DNA of 64,000 nt from Cyanophora paradoxa CCMP329 (lineage: Eukaryota; Plantae; Glaucophyta). The first letter of the stretch is position 1. Every line of letters begins with the position of its first letter. The notes under the pieces are model-generated. The model ran no database searches. It had not been told where the DNA came from and saw nothing but the letters and a program-made list of their open reading frames with translations. The stretch is from assembly GCA_004431415.1 (NCBI GenBank), contig QPMI01000177.1:55270-119269 (forward strand), read 5' to 3'. This document shows positions 24,974 to 36,125 of the stretch, in pieces. Made by a program: the position numbers and the translations under genes.

Positions 24974-27042
24974 ATACGTATACGTATTATCAACCGTTGA
25001 ACAGCATATATACATACGTATACTGCCCTAGCCTCCGGATCCTGCAGCCCTTCACTGGCCCTCATGATCAGCTGCAGGGCGGCAGCCAGGGCCTGGTCCT
25101 TCACTGCGGCTGCGCTGCTATATAGCTAGCGCTAGCTGCAGGCTGCATGCAGGCCGGTGCGCATGCGCATGCGCATATATACAGGCGCCGGCTGATGCAG
25201 CCCGCGGCCGCGCGCGGGCCGGCGCCGGCAGGCTAGCGCTGCAGTATATATATATATAGCGCGCTAGCCGCTAGCGCTTGCGGGGATCCGGAAGTTGCGG
25301 CAGCTGCATGCAGCTGCGCATGCGCATGATGCGCAGCCGCATGTCACTCCGAGTCTCCGATTCGATAGTGTCCGACAATTGGCGTCATCGATATCGATAT
25401 CCTAGGCCTGTCGCGAATCGCGATCGATTAAAAAACGATCCACGCGATCGATCGCTCGCGAGGAATTCGAACGTTAACCTGACTGTTCGACTCTTGGTCT
25501 AGCTTTTTCTAGCTTTTTTCTAGCTTTTACACCTGTACCCAAATCATCGGCGCAGCCGGCCATGCCGAGCCGAGCCAGCCGAGCCGCGTGAGCGCTGTAT
25601 ACGTAGAGCGCCATGTATCGCTCGAGCTCGATCAGCTGCATTCGTCGCTCGTGGCGCGGCGTACGTATACGTACGCGTGCATAGCCTGGTTCGCTTTCCG
25701 GATTCGCGGCATTCGACGCCTGCAGGCGGGGCATAGAGGGAGCGCTATAGCGATCGTCGGACAGAGCTCGAAGAGCTCGTTGTGCACATGCTCCGACGGC
25801 CGCCGGACCGCGGCCGTGCCGCGGCGAGACAGGCCTATAGCAAGCTTAAGGCGTGCCCACGCGTACGCTCCCTGCGGCGCGGCTTCGTCCGGGATCCGTA
25901 TCCTCTTCTCCATTCACTCCTGCTGAGATGTCGACCCCAGCTATGCTTATCCGGGCTTGTACATGTGGAGGCGGGGAGCAGGTCGCGATCGGCGCGCGCG
26001 CTGGACTTCGAATTCACGCGCGGATAATTGCAATTGAGGTGCGCATGCGCAGAACCCGTCCCGCGCCCTACACATCCCGCCCGGCCGCTGAGCTGCTCTC
26101 ACGTGCACGCGCAGCCGCCTGGCCTGCTCCGAGCTCTGCATGGCGCCCCTCTAACGTTAATTATAACCCCACGTTCCCAGACGCGCGCGCGCGGCGGCCG
26201 TTGTTAGCCCCTCCAGTGCGCGTGCGCGACGCCGCGCGAGAGGCGACCGCGGCGCAGATCTATCTAGAGCGTCGACCAGCGGCCGCTCTGTCGATCGCGA
26301 CGTGCCGTCGGCCGGAGGATGACGGGACCCGGCCGATCCGCGCTCGGTCGCTCTTCCCTCCGGGACGCCGTACGCGTGACGGACTCGGCGCTCGGCGGGC
26401 CGGGGGCGGAGGGGAAGCGCATACGTGCGCCTCGCACCCGCCCCGCCGCTTCCCCTCCGCCCCCACCCCCGCCGCTGTGAACGGGAAGGCGTCGAAAGCT
26501 CCCGTAACACCCCTCCCAACCCCCCCCTCTCGTCTCCGCCGACCGACTTTGGCCCCAGGGCCCCTTTGTCTGTTCGCCCGCCCTTCTCGAGGACGGCAAA
26601 CCCGACGGTGCGCCCCGCGCGCGCGGGCCACTCCCGAGCGCTTCGCGGGCTGATCCGGACCTTCGCCATTTAATCATGATCAGGCCCCCCGGCCCCCTGC
26701 TCCATGAGACGCCCCGCGGCTGGGAGACCTCCCTCAGAGGGCGGCGAAGAATCTGGCGAGACGCCGCCGCCCGTGCTTAGGCCTCTGTCGCCTCCGACCG
26801 CCGTTGGTCGCCGCGGCCCCGCGCGGAGCGCGTCTCGGCCGCCCGCGCCGCAGCCGGCGATGGTCTCGCGATCGAGGGGCACCGGTGCGTCTCGCCCTGC
26901 TTCCCGCCCCCTCGGGGCCCCTTGCGCAAGTGCGGCAGTCTGGGGAGGGCGTAAGCGTGGGGATGCGGCGCAGACCGGGCCGGGCGGGGCCGGGCGGGCC
27001 CGCTCCCGCCGGAGTCTGCCGCCCCCTCCCCTGCTTCTGCGG

Positions 27043-27073
<31 letters not shown>

Positions 27074-27580
27074 AAGGATCTCGGAAGGATCAGAAGCCCT
27101 TGAAGATCTGCGCTGCGGTGCCCGAAAGAGGGGTCAGAATAAATGAGATTGTATACACGAATGTGAAGTTGAGTGATGAGTCTAAGCCGTGACGAACGCG
27201 CTGATCATGATCGAGCACTGCGGCAAGATAGAATTCCTGGCCCTGCGGAGTCTCTGGGAACCGGGAAGATTAGCTTAGCTTTCTACTCCGTTAGCTTAGC
27301 TAATTCTTTTTCGATTCTCTGGTTCCACATGTTGAATTTCAACCTTTTTCCCAGTTGTTTTTGCAATTAATGCACGATATGATTTGCATGCACTGTGGCA
27401 CAGATCTAGCTATAGAGCGATTTTTTGCACGATGCAATTTAATCTTTTGTACGATGCATTGCAAGCGCTCAGCTTTAGGTCCAGCTGCTTCGGATCCACG
27501 TGCGAATACTATAGAGCCTCGGAGCCCTCGGGCCCTTCGGATCCACGTGCGTATACCATAGGCCGGAAATTGCAAATGTA

Positions 27581-27698
27581 CGAGCTCCACCCGGTCCGAT
27601 GTCCGAAAGGCTTAGTCCCGTAGGCTCATCTCTCGACTTGACACAGATGGACACCTCAGTTATATCTCTAGCCATTTGTCTCGGTGTGTGCGAATTCA
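27581..27698 (+). repeat. Dispersed ~118-bp repeat (second copy at 47535-47652)
   Basis: gagctcc...tgtccgaaaggcttagtcccgtagg...gtgtgcgaattcat is shared. This copy is flanked by a direct repeat ggaaattgcaaatgtacg. Confidence 0.85.
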
Positions 27699-27814
27699 TA
27701 TATGATAGGAAATTGCAAATGTACGTATACATGAAACTAAATCGACTGCGAAACCGTGCCGCAAAACTCCGTTCTCAAATCAAGCAACAAAAGTAGTTTT
27801 CAGGAACGACGCGG

Positions 27815-28995
27815 CTACAGCTAGGCCTCGAGGAACGCGGTGGCGGCCCCGCGGCGCCGGCCCCGAGCCTCGGAGGTCGACGCGCTCAACGCAGACCGAC
27901 ACCGCCGCGCCGGGCTCCAGCTGCAGGCCCCGCCGCCCCCGCACCATCAGCTCCGCCGCCCCTGCCCCCGGCCCGCCCCCACCGACACCGCCGCGCCGGG
28001 CTCCAGGCCCCGCCGCCCCCGCACCGTCAGCTCCGTCGCCCCCGCCCCCGCCCCCGCCCGCACGGCGTACACGCCGCGGCGCGCGTCGAGGACCCGGGCG
28101 ACGGTGGCGGGGACGAGGCGGCCCGGGGTGGCGGCGGCGGCGCGCTCGAGGGCGAGCAGGCCCCAGTGCTACGCATGCCGACTCCCCTCTTCCACGTCCG
28201 CCACCGCCCGCAGCCGCGCGTTCGCCCACCGCCCCGCCACCTCCACCGCCCGCCGATCACACCGTGCCCGCCCCGGCCCAGCCGCGGGGGAGGGGGGGGG
28301 GGGGGGGGAGGGGGAAGTGGGGGGGGGCGGGGGTGTACGAGGCGCACGGCGACAGCACCGGCGGCCCCGCCGCGTAGGGCGGTGGTCGCCTCGACCTCGC
28401 CCCCCTCCGTGACCCGCAGGCGCGTCCCCACTGGGCCAGCGCCTCGCCGAAGCGCGCCGCCGCCGCCGCCGTGCGCCCCGCGCCCTCCCGAGCCCGCCCG
28501 ACTCGGCGACCGCCGCCAGCGCCCCCAGGGCCGCGTCCTGGCCGTCCCACTCCTCGGGATCTGAAACCGCCGCGCCGCCGCCGCCGCGCAGCCGCGCGTC
28601 GGCGGCTGCGTGCGTGAGGCGCCGCACGGGCGGAAGCAGCGAGCGGAAGAGCTCGACGCCGGCGAGCGCGCCGGCGGCGTCCACGCGCAGGACCGCCGTG
28701 ACCGCCGCGTTCGGCGCCGAGTCGCGCAGCGCCAGAGCGCGCGCCGCCGCCAGCCTGGCAGCGGCAGCATCGATATCGGCACCAGCGCCGACGGGAGGTA
28801 CGTATACATGCTCTGCCCCCGCCCGCGTCAGGGGCACCCCGTCGGCGGGGCCCGGGCCGGGGCCGGGGCCGGGGAAGGGGGCGCCTGGCCATGGGAGCAG
28901 AGGTGGGCGTAGCGTGCGAGCTCGCCCTGCGCGCGGCGCGACGAGTCGCGCGCCGCGGCGGCGTCTGCCACGTGCACCACGCGCCACCTCCATAC
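27815..28995 (-). pseudogene. Inverted partial duplicate of the RNase II/R gene 3' part (source ~44666-45950)
   Basis: Highly similar reverse complement. It lacks the exons encoding ALLEACGE and APLRRFPDL and carries small insertions. Confidence 0.9.
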
Positions 28996-29504
28996 CGCGG
29001 CCGCGCCGGGGCCGGGCCGGGGGGCGCGGGCCGGGGCCGGGCCGGGGCCCGGGGGGCGCCGGCCGCGCCCGTCGACGTCGACGTCATCACGAGATTCATG
29101 CATATGAGCTCGAGATTCATGATCATGATCATGACATGACACGAGTGACATCACTTGTACTTAGGACCAAGGGGGTACAGGCGCAAGAACAATTCGCGGC
29201 CTGCGAGGCGGGAAAGAGGCTCGTCTTGGGTACCGGTCGGCTCGACCAGGCTCGGACCAGCCCGGCCGCAGCCTAGGCCCGCAGGCTCGCAGCCTCCCGG
29301 AGTCCGATCCCGCAGGCCGGCCGCCGGCCGCATGCGCACTGCACGGACCAGAGCGGCGCATGGCCGCGTCCTTAGCTTACTTAAGCTTCAAGTTACTCCC
29401 GCCTTAGCCGAAGCGGATAAACTTGAACAGTCTTGAAGGCGTTTGCAGCTGCAACCTGCAGCCCGCGGCCGCGGGCGGCGTACGCGTCGCGGTCATGGCA
29501 GTGG

Positions 29505-32500
29505 CCATGGCCGCGGCCGAAGCCGCCGAACCATGGCCAGCTGCAGGAGAGCTACGTATACCGCTTGCGGCGGAGAACAGCGTGCACGCCATCGGTCCCT
29601 CTGTAGCTCCGCATGCAGACGAGACGAATGCCTCGAGCTCGCCTGTAGACGAGGAGACGCTGTCCTACGTCCCCGGGAGCTTCCTCGCTCAGCGCAGCTC
29701 GTTCGGGCTGCTCGCGGCACTGCAGGCGGACGCCGAGGCGCGCTCGGGGGGCGCATCCTGCTACGGCATCGCCCTCTTCTGCGACAGTGAGCATCGTCGC
29801 ATGCGCATCGCCCCTTTCCATGCAGTTGCCGAGTCGCACGCGGTCGTGCAGTGTCGGGCTTCTCGCGGCTGGCGGCGTCGCTGGCGCGGCAGGACAAGGC
29901 GCACTCGGCGGAGAAGCTCTCGCAGACGCTCAACGGCTTCCTGGCGCGCCTCGTTGCCCAGCTCCACTCCCGCGGCCTCGAGCCGCTCGTCTTCGCCGGC
30001 GGTCCGCCCGCGCGGCCTCGAAGCTCGAGCCGCCGCTGAGGCCGGCCCTCGCCTGCGCAGACGCAGTCATCGCGTTCCGGCCGGCGGCCGCGGAGGACGG
30101 CCCGGCGATGCGCGAGGCGGCGGCCGCCGCCCTCGAGGCTGCGCTCGCCTCGCGCGCCTTCCGCATGGAGAGCAACGGGTGCCCGCTCGCCACGCACTGC
30201 GGCGTCGGCGTCGGGGAGCTGCGGACGCTGGCGGCGCGGGGCGGCGAGGGCGCCCTGCAGCTGCTGCACGGCGGCGAGGCGATGCGGCAGTGCTGCGAGG
30301 CGGCCGCCGCCTCGGGCGCCGGCGAGGTCGTCCTCTCGGCAGAGTTCGGGCCCTCCTCCCGAGCCTCGCCACCGAGCCCGTCCCGGGCGCTCCTCGCCTC
30401 CTCCGCCTCCTCGCTCCGGCCGAGGCCGCCCCCGCGCCGCCCTCCCGCGCGGCGGCCGCGGGCACCGCTGCGGGTGCGGGGCGCCGGTGGCGGAGGACCC
30501 GGCGGCGGCGGGGCTCGCGCTGCGGGCGCTGGGCGGGACGCTGCGGGCGCTGGCGCCGGCGCCGGGGCTGGCGGGGGCCACGGGCCCTACGGCGAGATCC
30601 GTCCGGTATTCGTAGCGTTTCTAAGCTTCCCCGAGCTCGACGCGGCCGCCCCCGCCCCCGCCGCCGCCGACGCCGCCGCCCGCTTTGGCCAGGCCCGCCC
30701 CCCGCCCCCCGCCCGCTTGAGCTCTTCCCGCGCCGCCGCGATCTCTGATCTATCGCCCCCGCTCGCCGCCCCGGCCCGCAGATCGTTCGCTCTCTCCATC
30801 GCGCGGCCGCCGAGTGGGGCGCGTGCGTGAACAAAGTCTTCCTCGTGCGTAACCCCCCCTCCCTCCCCGCGTCGCTTCTTTCGACCGCCTCTGCCCCGCA
30901 GGACGAGAAGGGCTGCAGCGCGCTGCTCTGCTGGGGCCTGGCCGGCGGCTACGCGCACGAGGACGACGCGGAGCGCGCCGTCCGCGCCGCCGCCGCCCTT
31001 GAGGAGTGGTTCGAGGAGGCCGCTGCGCCCTTCGCCGCCGGCGTCGCCGGCGGCCGCGCCTTCTGCGGGCCCCTCGGCGCCCCCTGCCGCCGCGAGTTCG
31101 CCGTCGTGCGCCCGCGAACCCCCTCCCCTCCCCTCCCGCGCTCTTCCCTCGTCGCGCGGCGAGCCCCGCCGCAGATCGGCGACGCGGTGATCGTTGCGGC
31201 GCGGCTGATGGGGGCGGCGCGGGCGGCCGCGGCGGCCCCGCGGCGCGGCGGCAGGCGCTGCTCTGCCACGCGAGCGTCGTCGATGCGGTGGCGGCGCGCG
31301 GGCGGCGCGCGGCGCTGCCCTTTGCGGAGCTCCCCCCGATCCTCGCCAAGGGCTTCGACAAGCCCGTTCCCGTGTTCCGGCCCCTCCGCGGCCCGGATCC
31401 GGAGGGCGGCCCGACCGCCGCCGCCCCGCCCCGCTCCCGCCCGCGCTCCCTCCAGTTCCCGGAGCCGGAGGCGCCGCTCTCGCCCGGGCCCCTGTCGGGC
31501 GGCGCGCGCCGCGGCGGCGTCGGGTGCCTGGGGCGGGCCGCGGAGCTGGAGCGGGCGCTGCGGGCGGTGGCGGCAGCGGCGGCCGGGGCGGGCGGGACGG
31601 TGCTGCTCGAGGGCGAGGCGGGGTACGGCAAGTCGGCGCTGCTGCACGAGCTGGCGCGCGAGTGCGCGGGGCGCGGCTTCGCGGTGCTGCGGGCCGGGGC
31701 GGAGGCGGTGGAGGAGTCGACGCCGCTGTGGGCGCTGCGCGGGCTCGTCGCCTCTGCCACCAGCGCCGCGAGCGAGGCTGCCTTCGAGGCCGGCCTCGCC
31801 GGACTGCTGCCCCCGAAGACGCCGCGTTCCTGTGGGCCGCCCTCTTCGCCCCGGCCGCCGCCGCCGCCGCCGCCGGCCCTGGCGCCGCGGGCGACGGCCG
31901 CGGGCGCGGGACGCGGTCGTACGTGGCCCGGCGGGGCTCGCTGGAGGCCCCGGGCTCGCCCTCGTCGGCGTCGGCCGCCTCGCGCGCGTCGCCGCGTGCC
32001 TCGCCGCCCTCGTCGAGGGCCTCGCCGGCTCGGGCCCCCGCGCCCGGCCCGTCGCCCTCGCCCTCGAGGACGCCCACTGGCTCGACTCCGCTTCGTGCGC
32101 GCCCGCTTCGCTTCGCTCGGCTTAAGCGAGTGCTCACGCCGGCCACGCGCGCGCGCGCGTGCAGGTGGCTCGTCCTGCGGAGCCTGCGGGAGGCGTCGCC
32201 GCGGCTGCTGCTGCTCGTGACCTCGCGCCCGATGCCCGAGCCGCCCCGCGACTTCCTGCTCCTCGCAGGGCGCCTGCGCCTCGGGTCCGACTCCGAAGAC
32301 GGAGACGGAGACGACTTTGACGCCCTGGACACCGCCTCGACGCCCGCGCCGCCCGCGGCCGCCGTCTCCGCCGCGTGGGGTCCGGAGCCGCCGGCGAAGG
32401 CGGCGCCGCCTGCCCCGGCCGTTGTGGACGTGCGGCTGGGCCCGCTGGAGCGCGGGGCGGCGCGGGAGCTGCTGGAGCGGCTCTCGGGGCGGCTCGGGGT

Positions 32501-34352
32501 GGAGTGGGCCCCCGCCGCCCTCGAGCGCGTCCTCGACAAGGCCGCCGGCGGTGCGCAGCTCCGCCGCCCTTCCGCTCCGCTCGCTCAGTCGCGCCGCCTC
32601 ACACGCCGCGCCGTCGGGCAGTGCCGCTGTACCTGGTCGAGCTGGTGCGCGCGGCGGCCGGCGACGCGGCGGGCCGCTCCCCGCACTCCGCGGGCCTCCC
32701 GGACTCGGTGCGCTCGGCCCTCCGTGCAGAGTCGGCCGACGCCGACGCCGACGCCGACTCGGCGGGGCGGGGCGCGGGCGCAGCTGCAGCAGATCGTGCT
32801 CTCGCGGGTGGACCAGCTGCCGGCGGCCGCCCGCGACCTCATCAAGATCGCAGCCGTGCGCCCCGCGGCCGAGGGCTCCCTCCACACCCCTCTCCTCCCC
32901 GCGCCGCCTCACGCGCCTCGCAGGTGATTGACACGGGGTTCACGCCGGCGGCGGTGGCGGCGGTGGCGGGCCCCGAGCGCGACCCCGCCGCCCTCCGCGA
33001 TGCCTTCCGCGCCCTCGCCGACGCCCGCCTCATCACCGAGTCGGGCAGCTCCTCCCTCGCCGGCGCCGCCGCCCCCTCCGAGGCCGCCACCACCGCCGCC
33101 GATGCCGGCGACGACGAGGAGGCGGAGGACGAGGGGGCGGCGTGGCCGGGGGAGGAGGCGCCCTTCGTGTTCAGCCACGCGCTGGTGCGCGAGGCGGTCC
33201 TCTCGTCGCTGACGGCCCCGCACCGGCGGAACGTGCACCGCCTCTTCGCCGAGTTCCTCGAGGCGCGCCCCGTCGCTGCCGCCGACCCCGCGCTCCTCGC
33301 GCTGCACTGGGAGGCCGGCGGCGAGCCCGAGCGCGCCCTGCGGCACCTCGAGCGGGCAGCGCGGCGCGCGCACGACGCCGGCGCGCTCCCCGAGGCGGCC
33401 CGCCTCTACGCCCGCCTCGTCGCCCTCCTCGACTCGCTCGGGCTCGCGGGGCCCCCGTGCCGCCCCTCCCGCCGGCACCCCGCACGCCCCCGCTGCCTTG
33501 TTGGGGCCCCCTCGGGGCCAGCCGGGCGCGCGGGGGGCCCCCGCGAGCGCGGCGGAGACGGCGCGCTGGCGCTCCTCCCGCACCATCGCCCTCAAGAACT
33601 TGTGCTATGTCGAGGCGCGCCGCCTCCGCCTCCACTGCCGCGCCGCACCGCTGACGGCGGCGGGCCGGGCCTGGGGGCAGTACTACCTGGGCCACGCGGA
33701 GCTGGCGCTCGGCCTGTGCCTCGCGACCCTCGCGAGCGCCGGCGCGGAGCAGCCGCGCAGCGAGCTGGGGCCCGCCGCCCTGCTCCGTGCGCCCGCCCTC
33801 CCGCCCGCCCGCCCGCCCGCCCGCCCGGCCCGAGGTGCGGCGCGGTGCAGGGTTTGTGGCGCGGGCCGTGCCGCTGGTCTTCGGCGCGTACCCGAGCGGC
33901 CGAGCGCGGCGGAGGCGGAGGCCTGGCCGGAAGGGGAGGCGGAGCGCGTGGCCCTCATCGAGGTCTACGTCATCGTCGGTTGGGTCGCAATGAAGATGAC
34001 GGCATCCTCGCCGCCGGCGCCGGCCAAGGGCGGCGCCGGCGGCGGCGGCCGGCGGCCCCGCTCGAGCGCCCTCGCCCTCACCGCGACCGGCGGTCCGCCC
34101 CGCCGCCGCCCGTCGAAGGGGCGCCGCTGACGAGGTGCGCGGGGGAACGGGGCGCAGCGGTGATCGCGCTGGGGTACGCGCGGGGGTGCGCGCTGGAGCA
34201 CTGGCAGTTCGGGCGGGGCCAGGCCTGGTTCGCGGTCCTGCTTTTCGTGGCGGGCCTGAGGCGCAAGAGCGCCGAGTTTACGGCGCGGGCGGAGGCGCTC
34301 GCCGAGCGCCACGACAGCGACAGCGTCCGCGAGGCCGCCCACAGCGCCGTCC

Positions 34353-34387
<35 letters not shown>

Positions 34388-35573
34388 CGCCCTCCGCCCT
34401 CCCGCGCGCGCCCGGAACGAGGCGCGCGAGCAGGGGGGGTACATCGAGGCGACGGCCGGCCGCTTCGCGCGCGCCCTCGAGCGCTACGAGGCCGCCTGCG
34501 TCCTCGACCTCAAGGTCACACGAGCCCGCGCCCCCGCCCCCGCCCGAGCGAGCGGGCCGGGCCCGAGCTTTCGGCGCAGCTGTCGAGCCTGCACTACGTG
34601 GACGGGGCGACGTACTGCGCGTACGTGCGGCTGCTGCTCGGGCGCTTTGGGGAGGCCGAGGAGCGCGCGCGCGGCCTCGAGGCGTACCTCCACCGCACCG
34701 GCGGCGCAGATTACGCCCGCGAGATCGTCGCCATGGCGCGCCCCTGGCCCCGCCCCGCTCCGCATCTAGATCTGACCCCCCGGCCAGGTGGCGGGCTACA
34801 GCGCGCTGTTCACGGGGCGGGATGCGGAGGCGGGGCGGCTGCTGGGGCGGCTGGAGGCACGGGGCGGGGCGGCCTCGTTCTGGACGACCACTGTAGCGGC
34901 CGTGCTGCGGGGCCTGCACGCGTGGCGCGCCCGCGGCGAGGCGGGCGCCATGGCGGCGGCGGCCGCCGGCCTCGAGCGGATCCTCGAGCGGGAGCCGGGG
35001 TCGCTGATGTGGATCCACCTGCTGCCTCTCGCCTGCGCCCTCGACTTCGCCCTCTGGCGCGCCGCCAACGCCCGCCGCCGCGCCGGCGCCGCCGCCGGCG
35101 CCGGCCGCCCCGCGCCCGGCGGCCTCTGGCGGGCCGGCCGGCGCGTGGGCGACGCGGCGGCGGAGGCGGCGCGGGTGGAGGCGGCGGCGGCCGAGGGCGC
35201 CCTCCGGCGGCTTGCGGGCGGCATGCGGGCTCTGCAGAGGAAGAGCCTGCCGTGCCTCGCGCCCTTCTGCGCCCTCGCCAGGGCCGAGGAGCCCGGGCTC
35301 GCCGCGCGGCGCCGCGCGGAGCTGCTGCGGGGCGCCGCGGAGGCCCTGGAGGCGGCCGAGCTGCGCCCCTTCCACGCTGTCGCCCGCCTCCGCCTCGCCC
35401 TCGCCGAGGCTGCCGCGGGGGCTGCCGGCCCCGCGGCGGCCGCGCTGCAGCGCGCCGAGCGGGCGGCGCGCGAGTGCGGCCTGCGGCTGCCGGCCCTCGA
35501 GCGCGCCCTCGCCGAGGGGTCCGCGGCCGCCCCCGCGCCCCGCCCCTACGCCTTCGCCTCCATGTTCGTGTGA
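29505..35573 (+). CDS. Soluble adenylyl cyclase (ADCY10/sAC-like): tandem class III cyclase domains + STAND NTPase + helical/TPR tail; multi-exon, start approximate
   Basis: LSYVP, ALFCD|VSGF, FAG|DA, VNKVF, DEKG, AHEDDAERAV, GRAFCGPLGAPCRREFAV|IGDAV-VAARLM, KGFDKPVPVFRP, LEGEAGYGKS (Walker A), LEDAHWLDSAS (Walker B), FSHALVREAV, LALHW. Confidence 0.85.
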
Positions 35574-36125
35574 CTCTTCAGATTTAGATGTATGACTCTT
35601 CAGATTTAGATGTATACGAAGGGCTGTGGCGCGATTGCAGGCGCGATGTAGATGGCGCGATTGTTCGGGCAGTATCCGCATAGTATCCGCATACGCAGAT
35701 GTACATGTGATCATGAAGTAGTCTAGAACCCGGTTCAAGTGCTTATATCGTTAGCTTAGAACCGGTAACTTGTAGTCTAGTTCGGTGCCGGTTCAGTAGT
35801 CTACATGTACAACCGGTAGCTTATATCGTTCAAGTGCAGTCTAGTTCTGTAAGCTAGTCACGGAGTCGTGTGATCGTCAAATCCGCATGAAATATCAACA
35901 AGCAAAGAGGGGAGCGATTTGTCAACGGGGAGCACATATGCATAGACGGGGAGCACAGAGGGGGGAAGAAAGGAAAGAAACCAGGGCGGCCGGGGGGTGG
36001 GGGGGGGGGCGGGGGGGGGGGGGGGGGGGGGGGGCAAAGGGCTCTGCTAGCGCTGTCCTCCGGATCCTACCGCGGAACCACACGCGAAAGCACACGGGCG
36101 ACGGCGCCCCTTCGGCCCGCGTGAC

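Noticed and set aside
25500-27300. Possible gene or retroelement in the 25.5-27.3 kb region
   Set aside because: No recognisable domain, termini or second copy in the window.
27600-27697. Solo LTR (TG...CA)
   Set aside because: Homology with the 47.5-kb copy extends beyond the TG, and there is no 4-6-bp TSD.
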